Origin: Schmidtea polychroa
Lineage: Eukaryota
Length of the DNA stretch: 64,000 nt
Direction of reading: 5' to 3'
NCBI GenBank assembly: GCA_044892525.1
Contig: CM097885.1
Location: 48,424,001 to 48,488,000 of the forward strand
Part shown: positions 52,180-64,000 of the stretch, in pieces
How positions within the stretch are numbered: position 1 is the stretch's first letter
How the letters are laid out: each line of letters opens with the position of its first letter
Made by a program: the position numbers and the translations under genes
Notes under the pieces: generated by a model
What the model saw: only the letters and a program-made list of their open reading frames with translations
The model's database searches: none
Told to the model about the DNA's origin: nothing

Positions 52180-55089
52180 TTATGAAATTACTTGATCAAC
52201 ATCTGGAACATCGACTCCTAAATAATGTCCATATGCGAGACTGGAATTTTTCCCCACCCATAATCGTTTGTCATCGTTGTTTGACAACGCGATCTTGGTA
52301 TTTTTAAACGTAAGAAGCTGGTGGTTACGCGTCCCTATTCTAGTTTGTGGTACCGAAAATACTACGCTGTTGTTGTAGCAGTCTAAATAAGACTGGTGCC
52401 CTATCTCAGTATTACCAAGCTGAACTCCCTTTGCTTTTAAATGATCTTTATCCCCTAACAAACTATAGCACTTGGGTCTTAAGAAAACCCATTCCTTATA
52501 CCCTAAACCTTTACTTTCATCTTTAAACTTCCCTATCACAGAATCAAGGTTTCTAGAGTATAAGGGATGAGCAGGATCATAATTGCTAGTATCTAAAAGA
52601 TTATCACGAATCATTGCCGGCAAAAGAGTGTCAAGCTTAGAGTGCTTTATCTCTAAGAAAAAGGAGTCAGTGTCACCGGCAACGATATTTATATCACAGT
52701 TAAACTCTAAACGATATTTAGACAATTCTATATACTGTAACTGGTACATCCTCAGTTTAGACAAATCTAACACTGTTTGACCAATGTAGCTAGGCCTGTC
52801 TAAACATATAGAATCTTTATCCAGATGAGCCGCAATCAGATCATCAGCAATTTTGATAGATTTTCTGAAAGTCGGCTTTGATGCATATACAATCATCTTT
52901 TCAGCTGAATTGCATAGCCTCAAATTCATCCGTTTTTTCAGATTCTCCACCGATTTACCATACAAACTATTATTAAATAATTTGTATAGATCCCTATATA
53001 ATTCGCATGTAGAATTGGCTCGTAAATTAGTGTTTTTATCTATGTACGATTTAAAAATTGATGCATGCTTAAATTTAATTGCCCTATGTACATTTTTAAT
53101 TACAGCCCCCAATTCTATATACAACTTGAGAAGTCGCCAATGAAGAACATGGTTCTTCTTTGGCCAATGCGTGAGCATCAGCTTCTCAACTTTCGAATCT
53201 GGCGGGCACATCTTTTCCGGAGCAATCGGAAAATCATTCAAAAAATCATGCACACACTGAGGGATATCAATATCCACTTCCATAGTATACCCATATGGGA
53301 GATTTTCAATATCCTCATTCATACATTCAATCAAGACAGAATCAAGATCATCATACACCCATTCAAAGTCAGCATACGGAAGCTTTTGGCTTAAGGCCCA
53401 ACCATACAAGTTATTTTTGTCAATATACAAGAGTTCTGTGTCTTCAGAACTTACAAAATAATGTTTGTTAACAAATGTTAACCCACCCCGTATCCCTCCT
53501 TCATAGAAATTAAACATTTCCATGTCCTGCAGAAGTTCAATGGGTTCCGTTAATGTCATAAGCGCTGAGGCCCATGACATACCGGGAATGCCATAGAAAT
53601 TAAGAGGTTCAAGACCATTGTAAGCAATGGCCTTTGCACGGAATTGTGTAAAATAATCTGCGAGGAGAAATACATCTAATTTAAGGTAAGTTAACATGTA
53701 ATCTAACATGTTGTTGCAATTTTGCTGAGTCCAAATAACTTGGGCTAATGCATACTCATCATTAGACAAAGAATCCCAGATCGGAGGTAGTTCAAGAGTC
53801 GATTCCAGAACCTCAAGCGATGTAGCGAAGTCATATGGAAAGATACCTTTGGCTCGAACAATTGCGCCATCAAAAACAGAAGAAGTTAAAGGCAGATCAG
53901 AAAGAGTCTTAACTGCTTTTGCTAAAGATGAATTAACAAACTGCATGCTGTCAATAAAACGAACAGGCAATTTGTTAATATACGCGATGAGAGAGATGAA
54001 TTTCTCGGTAGTGGTCGGAATAATATTTAATTCCCAAGAAGGAAAATTATTCAAACCGTACTTCAAAATATGATGGAGATCATACCCCCTCAAATTGTGA
54101 AAGACAACCGGTAACTGTTTCTGAATTCGTCGCGAAACATTACAGTTCCTACAAGCAGCACCTAAATACTTACCTGAGAAGTGGCAATGGTCCCTAACTC
54201 TATCTACAATAAATTTTTTACATAGATAACAGGTCCTGGAATCTCTATATGCCCGCTCTTCAATGAAAGACAAAGTTTGCATGGACTTTTTCCCATTAAT
54301 TTCGTAATATGGCAGGACAATTGTGACAGCAATTTCCTCCACCTTACGAAGGAAAGACAACACACAATCATCCCCAACAAACTCAAAATAAAATTTTGTG
54401 TTATTATAATTATTAATTAATAACATGCCTGCTGTTATTGGCAAGTGTTTTTGATGATGGGTAATATCCTCGGGTAAAATTGCCTCAAAATCGGCATATA
54501 TCACGAATGGCGGGGTGATTGTCTTAGAGTAATCTTTAAATAATAAATTTTTATCTTTAGGTAGTGTGTATAGAGTTGTTCCTATCTGGTTTTTTATGCA
54601 TAAGGCGACATGAATATCAAATGCATTTTTATGTCTAAATCCGTTAAGACAATGGGGGCACCAGTTAACTTTAATTCTAACGCTGCATTCACTGCTAGAG
54701 TGACAATTCATTAGTCTTTGTAAGTTAAAAACTGCGGTATAATGGAAATTATCACCGTCTTCCAATAAAAGTAAGTATATGGGTTCACCACCTATAACCT
54801 TAGATCGGTGAATGATATCTAATTGAGGATGATGTGGAATATAATTATCGTCAATTACATTTTCAGAAGGCTTAGCTGGGTTCTTTTTATAAATTAAAAC
54901 ATTTATTGATAAATTTAAATCACTATTTTTCCTTTCAAATTTAGGGATATCACATAATTTCATTGGACAATCAGAAATGGGGTCAAAATTTAACTCGTCA
55001 AGATAATTTTCATAGGAACTAACTCTATTTCTATTTATATGTACTACATTACGTTTTAAAAGGGCTAAAATACTATATATAAAACACAT
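52180..55089 (-). CDS. polB: Protein-primed family B DNA polymerase, Polinton type, with an endonuclease VII-like Cys/His insert (main 969-aa ORF of the left copy)
   Basis: ExoI VIYADFE; CYLC..RDHCHFSGKYLGAACRNCN; ExoII FHNLRGYD; KGIFPY; ExoIII YLKLDV; GIRGG; YIDKNNLYG; KLFNNSLYGK; GDTDS; GKFKDE; KAKGV; DDKR. Confidence 0.95.
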   Translation of the reverse strand: MCFIYSILALLKRNVVHINRNRVSSYENYLDELNFDPISDCPMKLCDIPKFERKNSDLNLSINVLIYKKNPAKPSENVIDDNYIPHHPQLDIIHRSKVIGGEPIYLLLLEDGDNFHYTAVFNLQRLMNCHSSSECSVRIKVNWCPHCLNGFRHKNAFDIHVALCIKNQIGTTLYTLPKDKNLLFKDYSKTITPPFVIYADFEAILPEDITHHQKHLPITAGMLLINNYNNTKFYFEFVGDDCVLSFLRKVEEIAVTIVLPYYEINGKKSMQTLSFIEERAYRDSRTCYLCKKFIVDRVRDHCHFSGKYLGAACRNCNVSRRIQKQLPVVFHNLRGYDLHHILKYGLNNFPSWELNIIPTTTEKFISLIAYINKLPVRFIDSMQFVNSSLAKAVKTLSDLPLTSSVFDGAIVRAKGIFPYDFATSLEVLESTLELPPIWDSLSNDEYALAQVIWTQQNCNNMLDYMLTYLKLDVFLLADYFTQFRAKAIAYNGLEPLNFYGIPGMSWASALMTLTEPIELLQDMEMFNFYEGGIRGGLTFVNKHYFVSSEDTELLYIDKNNLYGWALSQKLPYADFEWVYDDLDSVLIECMNEDIENLPYGYTMEVDIDIPQCVHDFLNDFPIAPEKMCPPDSKVEKLMLTHWPKKNHVLHWRLLKLYIELGAVIKNVHRAIKFKHASIFKSYIDKNTNLRANSTCELYRDLYKLFNNSLYGKSVENLKKRMNLRLCNSAEKMIVYASKPTFRKSIKIADDLIAAHLDKDSICLDRPSYIGQTVLDLSKLRMYQLQYIELSKYRLEFNCDINIVAGDTDSFFLEIKHSKLDTLLPAMIRDNLLDTSNYDPAHPLYSRNLDSVIGKFKDESKGLGYKEWVFLRPKCYSLLGDKDHLKAKGVQLGNTEIGHQSYLDCYNNSVVFSVPQTRIGTRNHQLLTFKNTKIALSNNDDKRLWVGKNSSLAYGHYLGVDVPDVDQVIS

Positions 55090-55112
55090 ATCGTCAGTGT
55101 TTTTGACGTTTA

Positions 55113-56256
55113 CTATTGCTTTTTAGAATTTAAAGCCGCTGGGGTGGGGATATAACTATGTCCAGCTAACCTATTCATATGGGTAAATTTTGTTAATATA
55201 AAATCTATCTCTTTGATTTTAACCACTCGCCATCCGCTACCCAAATATGTGAATTTTTCAATTTTATTATTTAATCTGGTGATATCCTCTACTAGAAAAT
55301 TATCTGAAAAAACTTCGGCGCTATTAGAGAAAAAATTATCTCTAATATCCCCATCTTTTTCGAATTGGATTAAAACGGTGAATTGTATTTTCACTGACCC
55401 CATTCCGTTTATTTCGGTAATTAATTTATTTGACATCTGATTTGTAATGAAAACTTGTACCAAGTTATCTTTTTCGACATTAAATCGTAAATTCTTTCGT
55501 GCACCCTTAAAATTTATCTCAATTTCAGGTTCATCGTCAATATCGATCGAACCGCCTATCTTATTATTTACTGAACCACCTATTTGAATATTATTTAAAT
55601 CCCTTATTTGATCTATTTTTGTAATTTTAGAGGGGACACAAGACCCAAAACTAACAGCAGGCTGTTTATTATTATTTAGAATATTATTTATTTTAGTATT
55701 TAGATTCGTATTTAGATTAGTATTATTTACATTATTATTTACATGTTTTGTATTATAATTATAATTTATAGGTTTTGTATTTAGGTGTTTTGTAGTAATA
55801 TGTGTTGATTGTTGTATTTTGATAAATAATTTCTTTTTATTTAAAGAAAACAGATTTAAATGTGATTTGTGAATATTATAAAACTCTATATATTTAATGC
55901 TGTGGGAAGTCTCGCATATTGGACATATAAAGTAGTTGATGCCATAGAATCTATGACCGTAGTATTTTTTCATATTTTTATGGCATATATTTGTATGATC
56001 ATTTGATGACATGCAGTAGCGTGGGTATAATTTACCTGATAAATTATAAATATATATCAAATATATTAATAGATTTAAAAATTAATAGTTAATTGCATTT
56101 ATATTTAATGTCTTTATTAACAATTCTTAAGCCGTTTTTATCGCATAATAATTATAAAACGGAATAATAATCAGAATACATATATAATTTATTGTAATAT
56201 TATTTTTATCAGAGATATAAAATATGCGAGGTATGAAATCATAATTATTATTATCA

Positions 56257-56331
<75 letters not shown>

Positions 56332-57240
56332 TTAATATTACTTTTTTTAATATTATTATTAGAGAGAGTAGTTGCATGCTCAATGCAAACTATGTTTGAC
56401 AATTAATATTTTTAAAGTATTATTTCTATTCAATTATTATTTTCATAACAACTTATTAATTTCAACATCATTTTCAGGAACATATTCATATTTATCATAA
56501 TTTTCAGATTTTTCATAATTATTTTCAAAGACATTTTCATAATTATTTTCAGAAAAATTTTCATGTTTTTCATAATTTTCAACATTTTCATAATAATTTC
56601 AGGAACATTTTCATCATTTTAAACATTTTCATAATTTTCAGCATTTTCATAATTATTTCCAGAAATATTTTCATAATTTATACGTGGTTATTAAACAAAA
56701 TTAATTATCAAACACAATTTTAAATTAATTTTAAAAATAATAATAAAATATAACTAACATTTTGATTCTATATCGGAATCATCCTCAGATTCATCCCCAT
56801 AAGAAACGGATGCATGATTAATTTCCTCCTCAATAGATATGTGGGCATAGTCATCAGAAACAACATTAATATTTGGGGCATATCCAACATTTGAGGTATC
56901 ATCACCTTAAGTTTTTGTAATTCATTAATTAAATAAAATAAATTTACCCATTGATTCCATGATAATATCTCGGGTATTGTCCTCAATAACATTTTCACCG
57001 TCATTAATATGCTGATCAACTAAATAATTTTATTTTCAATTAAATTTTAAAAATAAATTTACTTAATAAAAGATCTTCTTCATTGTCACTAATAATGATT
57101 GGCAGATCATGATTATAGTTGTCGGCCTCGGTGACTTCATACCATAAATTCTCTAAAATAATAATAAATAATAATAATAAAAATAAAATAATTTACCGTT
57201 TCCTCTGCCAACATGGCGCGTAAAATATTATCTAATTCAT
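55113..57240 (-). pseudogene. 5' part of the left pPolB gene (spliced acidic exons plus the 315-aa track ORF; exon 1 disrupted; frameshifted from the main ORF)
   Basis: Mirror of 60819-62997. The GSGW and SYIPTP motifs are typical of the region before K-AIVNVKNxDxxCF in this polymerase family. Exon 1 has a 7-bp and a 1-bp loss relative to the right copy. Confidence 0.7.
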
Positions 57241-57549
57241 TTTTAATCGAAAATTTTTTAGTCGAAAATTTGTAAAATTTAAAAATAATTGTGACGATTT
57301 TGAAAATCGTAACTGCTTATAAAGAAAATGCATATTTTGCGGTCCAATCAAAATCAAGGAAGGGATAGGACAAAATACATTACGTTGCGGTATTTTAAAA
57401 CTTAAATATATTTTAAAAACACATTTTGACACTAAAGTTGATTTATTTAAAATTTTCATAATTTGCATTAATTTCATGATTATTTTCAATATTTTCATGA
57501 TTTTCAATATTTCCATGATTGTTTTCTTCAAAATCTTATTTTATTTAGA

Positions 57550-57573
57550 AATTATTATTACTATTACTATTAC

Positions 57574-57604
<31 letters not shown>

Positions 57605-57651
57605 ATTAAATAATATTATTTTTATTATTATTATTATTATTATTATTTTTA

Positions 57652-57720
<69 letters not shown>

Positions 57721-57852
57721 TTATAATTATTTATATTATTATTATTATTTTTTTATTATTTATATTATTGATATTATTATTTTTATTATTATTATTTTTA
57801 TTATTATTATTTTTATTATTTATATTATTATTATTTTTATTTTTATTAGTTA

Positions 57853-57907
<55 letters not shown>

Positions 57908-58084
57908 TTTATTATTTATATTATTATTATTATTATTATTTTATTATTATTATTAATATTATTAATATTATTTTTATTATTATTATAATTATTATTATTA
58001 TTATTATTACTATTATAGTTATTATTATTATTATTTTTATTATTTATATTATTTTTATTTTATTATTATTAATAATATTAATTA

Positions 58085-58162
<78 letters not shown>

Positions 58163-58170
58163 TATTAATA
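57550..58170. repeat. Imperfect (ATT)n tract, mirrored as (AAT)n at about 60140-60505
   Basis: Direct reading; lengths differ between the arms. Confidence 0.9.
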
Positions 58171-58639
58171 TTTAAAAAAAAATTAAAAATAATATTAATA
58201 ATAAAAAGAAATCAGGAAAACATGTGTGTATTATACACAAAACAAGATACATAGTTTTTAACCAATTCTAATTATAGAAAATTAAATTTTATCTATATAT
58301 TATATGAATAAAATTTCAAGAAAATTACGGTTAATGTATGAAAAATACAAATTTATTGTAAAAACACGTGTGTATTACACACAAACAAGATACATAAATT
58401 TTAATCAAGCTATTTTATAGAAAATTAAATTTTATCTATATAATATATGAATAAAAATCCAAGAAAATTACGTTAACCACGCGAAAAAATACAAATTTAT
58501 TGAAAAAGCATGTGTGTATTACAAAGAAACAAACTGAAATTGTAATTGCGCCTTTTTGTAGAAAATTAAATTCTGCCTATACATTGTTACACTTAAATCC
58601 AGATTGGACCTGTTAAAAGCGACAAAAAAGAGAAAAAAC

Positions 58640-59814
58640 AGTAGAGTAGATGGATTGGGCACCGCTGGCTCAGGGTACCGCTGGCACAGGGCACCGCTAG
58701 CACAGTACCCCCCCCCCCCCCGACCGGAAAATTTTTAAAATTTTTTTTTTCAAGGTCAAATTTTAAACAAAGACATATGATTCATCTAGGTTATTGAAAC
58801 AAAGGCCATAACTCATCCGATGACTCATCAAAATTTTCAAGGTCATTTAAACAAAAACCATGACTCATACTATGACTCATCAAGGTCAAATTTTTATTTT
58901 CAAGGTAATTAAAACAAAGACCATTACTCATCAATGTCATTCCCAAGGTCATCTGAGTCATCCTATGACTCATCAAGGTCATTTTCAAGGTCGCATGACT
59001 CATCCAAGGTCATTCCCAAGGTCACATGAGTCATCGCGATAATTCATCAAGGTCATATTATTATTTTTAAAGAATATTATTATTTTTATTATTTTTAAAA
59101 AATATTATTATTTTATTATTATTTTTTCAAAATATTATTAAGTGTGCTAGCGGTGCCCTACTATTTGGCATGCCAAAAGTTATCGTTCCCATCTTTTTAT
59201 TTCATCGATCGATAGCTTATTTAGAAGCTTGGTGCAAGACCTTTCGAATGAGTTATAATGGTCATCACCATCATTAATATTGGCAAAGTTATTAACATTT
59301 TCCCGAGACCATTTTCAAGGTCATTTGACTATTTTATTATTTTTTTAAATATTATTTTTTTTTCAAGGTCAATTTTTTTTTCAAGGTCATTTATTTTTTC
59401 ATGGTCAAAATTTTTTTCAAGGTCATATTTTAAAATTTAAATTTACAGAGTTTCCGCCAACGAACATTATTCAACGATAGCTCATTTGAATGCCCAATCC
59501 AAGACCTTTCGAATGAGCGATATATCTCATTATTAACATTATTATTTCTCAAGATATTATTATTATTATAATTATTATTATTATTATTTTTCAAAATATT
59601 ATTATTTTCAAGGTCATTATTTTCAAAATAATATCTTTGTTCCAACGGAGACCTACTTTTCGTAATGCAACAAGTTAGTGATCCCATCATCCGATTTTAT
59701 TAATCGATAGCTTATTTTAAAGCCTAGTAAATATAAATATTATTATCATTATTATACACAGGGGGGGGTCCAGCGGTGCCCTGATTTCGCGGTGCCCACT
59801 CCATCTACTCTACT
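58640..59814. mobile_element. Central 1175-bp TIR-bounded, non-coding segment (MITE-like or fused element termini)
   Basis: AGTAGAGTAGATGGA(T/G)TGGGCACCGC is inverted at both ends. It has subterminal GGG(C/T)ACCGCT(G/A)G repeats, poly-C and poly-G, and internal CAAGGTCA repeats. Confidence 0.65.
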
Positions 59815-60147
59815 GTTTTTTCTCTTTTTTGTCGCTTTTAACAGGTCCAATCTGGATGTAAGTGTAACAATGTATAGGCAGAATTTAACTTTCTACAAAA
59901 AGGCGCAATTACAATTTCAGTTTGTTTCTTTGTAATACACACATGCTTTTTCAATAAATTTGTATTTTTTCGCGTGGTTAACGTAATTTTCTTGGATTTT
60001 TATTCATATATTATATAGATAAAATTTAATTTTCTATAAAATAGCTTGATTAAAATTTATGTATCTTGTTTTGTGTGTAATACACACATGTTTTCCTGAT
60101 TTTTTTTTATTATTAATATTATTTTTAATTTTTTTTAAATATTAATA

Positions 60148-60199
<52 letters not shown>

Positions 60200-60253
60200 T
60201 AATATTAATAATATTAATTATAATAATAAAATAAAAATAATATAAATAATAAA

Positions 60254-60328
<75 letters not shown>

Positions 60329-61782
60329 TATAATAATAATAATAAAAATAATATTAATAATATAAATAATAAAAATAATAATAATAATAATAATAATAAT
60401 ATTTATAATAATAATAATATAAATAATAAAAATAAAAATAATAAAAATAATAATAATATATATAATAAAAATAAAAATAATAAAAATAATAATAAAAATA
60501 ATAATAAATTTCTAAATAAAATAAGATTTTGAAGAAAACAATCATGGAAATATTGAAAATCATGAAAATATTGAAAATAATCATGAAATTAATGCAAATT
60601 ATGAAAATTTTAAATAAATCAACTTTAGTGTCAAAATGTGTTTTTAAAATATATTTAAGTTTTAAAATACCGCAACGTAATGTATTTTGTCCTATCCCTT
60701 CCTTGATTTTGATTGGACCGGAAAATATTCAATTTTTTTATAAGCAGTTACAATTTTCAAAATCGTCACAATTATTTTTAAATTTTACAAATTTTCGACT
60801 AAAAAATTTCGATTAAAAATGGACAGTGAATTAGATAATATTTTACGCGCCATGTTGGCAGGAGAAAACGGTAAATTATTTTATTTTTATTATTATTATT
60901 TATTATTATTTTAGAGAATTTATGGTATGAAGTCACCGAGGCCGACAACTATAATCATGATCTGCCAATCATTATTAGTGACAATGAAGAAGATCTTTTA
61001 TTAAGTAAATTTATTTTTAAAATTTAATTGAAAATAAAATTATTTAGTTGATCAGCATATTAATGACGGTGAAAATGTTATTGAGGACAATACCCGAGAT
61101 ATTATCATGGAATCAATGGGTAAATTTATTTTATTTAATTAATGAATTACAAAAACTTAAGGTGATGATACCTCAAATGTTGGATATGCCCCAAATATTA
61201 ATGTTGTTTCTGATGACTATGCCCACATATATATTGAGGAGGAAATTAATCATGCATCCGTTTCTTATGGGGATGAATCTGAGGATGATTCCGATATAGA
61301 ATCCAAATGTTAGTTATATTTTATTATTATTTTTAAAATTAATTTAAAATTGTGTTTGATAATTAATTTTGTTTAATAACCACGTATAAATTATGAAAAT
61401 ATTTCTGGAAATAATTATGAAAATGCTGAAAATTATGAAAATGTTTAAAATGATGAAAATGTTCCTGAAATTATTATGAAAATGTTGAAAATTATGAAAA
61501 ACATGAAAATTTTTCTGAAAATAATTATGAAAATGTTGAAAATATTGAAAATGATGATAACCACATATAAATTATGAAAATGTCTTTGAAAATAATTATG
61601 AAAAATCTGAAAATTATGATAAATATGAATATGTTCCTGAAAATGATGTTGAAATTAATAAGTTGTTATGAAAATAATAATTGAATAGAAATAATACTTT
61701 AAAAATATTAATTGTCAAACATAGTTTGCATTGAGCATGCAACTACTCTCTCTAATAATAATATTAAAAAAAGTAATATTAA

Positions 61783-61854
<72 letters not shown>

Positions 61855-64000
61855 TGATAATAATAATTATGATTTCATACCTCGCATATTTTATATCTCT
61901 GATAAAAATAATATTACAATAAATTATATATGTATTCCGATTATTATTCCGTTTTATAATTATTATGCGATAAAAACGGCTTAAGAATTGTTAATAAAGA
62001 CATTAAATATAAATGCAATTAACTATTAATTTTTAAATCTATTAATATATTTGATATATATTTATAATTTATCAGGTAAATTATACCCACGCTACTGCAT
62101 GTCATCAAATGATCATACAAATATATGCCATAAAAATATGAAAAAATACTACGGTCATAGATTCTATGGCATTAACTACTTTATATGTCCAATATGCGAG
62201 ACTTCCCACAGCATTAAATATATAGAGTTTTATAATATTCACAAATCACATTTAAATCTGTTTTCTTTAAATAAAAAGAAATTATTTATCAAAATACAAC
62301 AATCAACACATAGTACTACAAACACCTAAATACAAAACCTATAAATTATAATTATAATACAAAACATGTAAATAATAATGTAAATAATACTAATCTAAAT
62401 ACGAATCTAAATACTAAAATAAATAATATTCTAAATAATAATAAACAGCCTGCTGTTAGTTTTGGGTCTTGTGTCCCCTCTAAAATTACAAAAATAGATC
62501 AAATAAGGGATTTAAATAATATTCAAATAGGTGGTTCAGTAAATAATAAGATAGGCGGTTCGATCGATATTGACGATGAACCTGAAATTGAGATAAATTT
62601 TAAGGGTGCACGAAAGAATTTACGATTTAATGTCGAAAAAGATAACTTGGTACAAGTTTTCATTACAAATAAGATGTCAAATAAATTAATTACCGAAATA
62701 AACGGAATGGGGTCAGTGAAAATACAATTCACCGTTTTAATCCAATTCGAAAAAGATGGGGATATTAGAGATAATTTTTTCTCTAATAGCGCCGAAGTTT
62801 TTTCAGATAATTTTCTAGTAGAGGATATCACCAGATTAAATAATAAAATTGAAAAATTCACATATTTGGGTAGCGGATGGCGAGTGGTTAAAATCAAAGA
62901 GATAGATTTTATATTAACAAAATTTACCCATATGAATAGGTTAGCTGGACATAGTTATATCCCCACCCCAGCGGCTTTAAATTCTAAAAAGCAATAGTAA
63001 ACGTCAAAAACACTGACGATATGTGTTTTATATATAGTATTTTAGCCCTTTTAAAACGTAATGTAGTACATATAAATAGAAATAGAGTTAGTTCCTATGA
63101 AAATTATCTTGACGAGTTAAATTTTGACCCCATTTCTGATTGTCCAATGAAATTATGTGATATCCCTAAATTTGAAAGGAAAAATAGTGATTTAAATTTA
63201 TCAATAAATGTTTTAATTTATAAAAAGAACCCAGCTAAGCCTTCTGAAAATGTAATTGACGATAATTATATTCCACATCATCCTCAATTAGATATCATTC
63301 ACCGATCTAAGGTTATAGGTGGTGAACCCATATACTTACTTTTATTGGAAGACGGTGATAATTTCCATTATACCGCAGTTTTTTAACTTACAAAGACTAA
63401 TGAATTGTCACTCTAGCAGTGAATGCAGCGTTAGAATTAAAGTTAACTGGTGCCCCCATTGTCTTAACGGATTTAGACATAAAAATGCATTTGATATTCA
63501 TGTCGCCTTATGCATAAAAAACCAGATAGGAACAACTCTATACACACTACCTAAAGATAAAAATTTATTATTTAAAGATTACTCTAAGACAATCACCCCG
63601 CCATTCGTGATATATGCCGATTTTGAGGCAATTTTACCCGAGGATATTACCCATCATCAAAAACACTTGCCAATAACAGCAGGCATGTTATTAATTAATA
63701 ATTATAATAACACAAAATTTTATTTTGAGTTTGTTGGGGATGATTGTGTGTTGTCTTTCCTTCGTAAGGTGGAGGAAATTGCTGTCACAATTGTCCTGCC
63801 ATATTACGAAATTAATGGGAAAAAGTCCATGCAAACTTTGTCTTTCATTGAAGAGCGGGCATATAGAGATTCCAGGACCTGTTATCTATGTAAAAAATTT
63901 ATTGTAGATAGAGTTAGGGACCATTGCCACTTCTCAGGTAAGTATTTAGGTGCTGCTTGTAGGAACTGTAATGTTTCGCGACGAATTCAGAAACAGTTAC
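59789..64000 (+). repeat. Right arm of the giant inverted repeat (runs off the window)
   Basis: Reverse complement of 54111-58665 with scattered SNPs and indels. Confidence 0.96.
60819..64000 (+). pseudogene. polB: Right pPolB copy, spliced 5' end (exons 60819-60870, 60915-61004, 61048-61119, 61162-about 61308, then from 62076), frameshifted, truncated by the window edge
   Basis: Three GT..AG introns of 42-44 nt, all phase 1, keep an open acidic frame starting MDSELDNILRAMLAGEN. Frameshifts occur at about 62322, 62990 and 63382. Confidence 0.8.

Larger units (their letters stand above)
54111..58665 (-). repeat. Left arm of the giant inverted repeat (portion whose mirror is in the window)
   Basis: Reverse complement of 59789-64000; position 64000 pairs with 54111; mirrored ORFs appear in the track. 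Confidence 0.96.

Noticed and set aside
56127..57956. Poly-N, poly-I and poly-L ORFs (and their mirrors at 60354-61984)
   Set aside because: Translations of (AAT)n tracts. The track ORFs 56768..57019 and 61048..61299 are off-frame readings across the spliced exons.

Overview
This is AT-rich eukaryotic genomic DNA with very short GT-AG introns (38-61 nt) and long (AAT)n/(TA)n tracts. It looks like an invertebrate, possibly a planarian (inference only). There are four blocks. (1) 1-35.4 kb: a near-perfect 3106-bp tandem array (10 units in view, open at the left edge). Each unit carries an intact two-exon CCDC124/Lso2 gene. The last unit is split by a 4368-bp TGTTGG...CCAACA insertion with a CATT target-site duplication (TSD), probably a giant solo LTR. 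(2) 36.8-47.1 kb: a complete minus-strand LTR retroelement (about 990-bp LTRs, TACT TSD, tRNA-Trp PBS, PPT) with no RT or integrase. It encodes a Gag fused to two ubiquitin-like domains, a Bcl-2-like domain with TM anchor and a degenerate protease motif. It also carries a small spliced gene and antisense host-gene fragments (FoxC-like forkhead) bracketed by a 16-bp inverted repeat. (3) 48.1-50.5 kb: a decayed hAT transposase. (4) 50.9-64 kb: a Polinton-type protein-primed DNA polymerase B gene with spliced 5' exons, present twice head-to-head as a giant inverted repeat around a 1.17-kb spacer rich in TCAAGGTCA/TGACTCA motifs. A perfect 190-bp palindrome lies downstream of the left copy. All domain calls are by-eye motif recognition; no searches were run.
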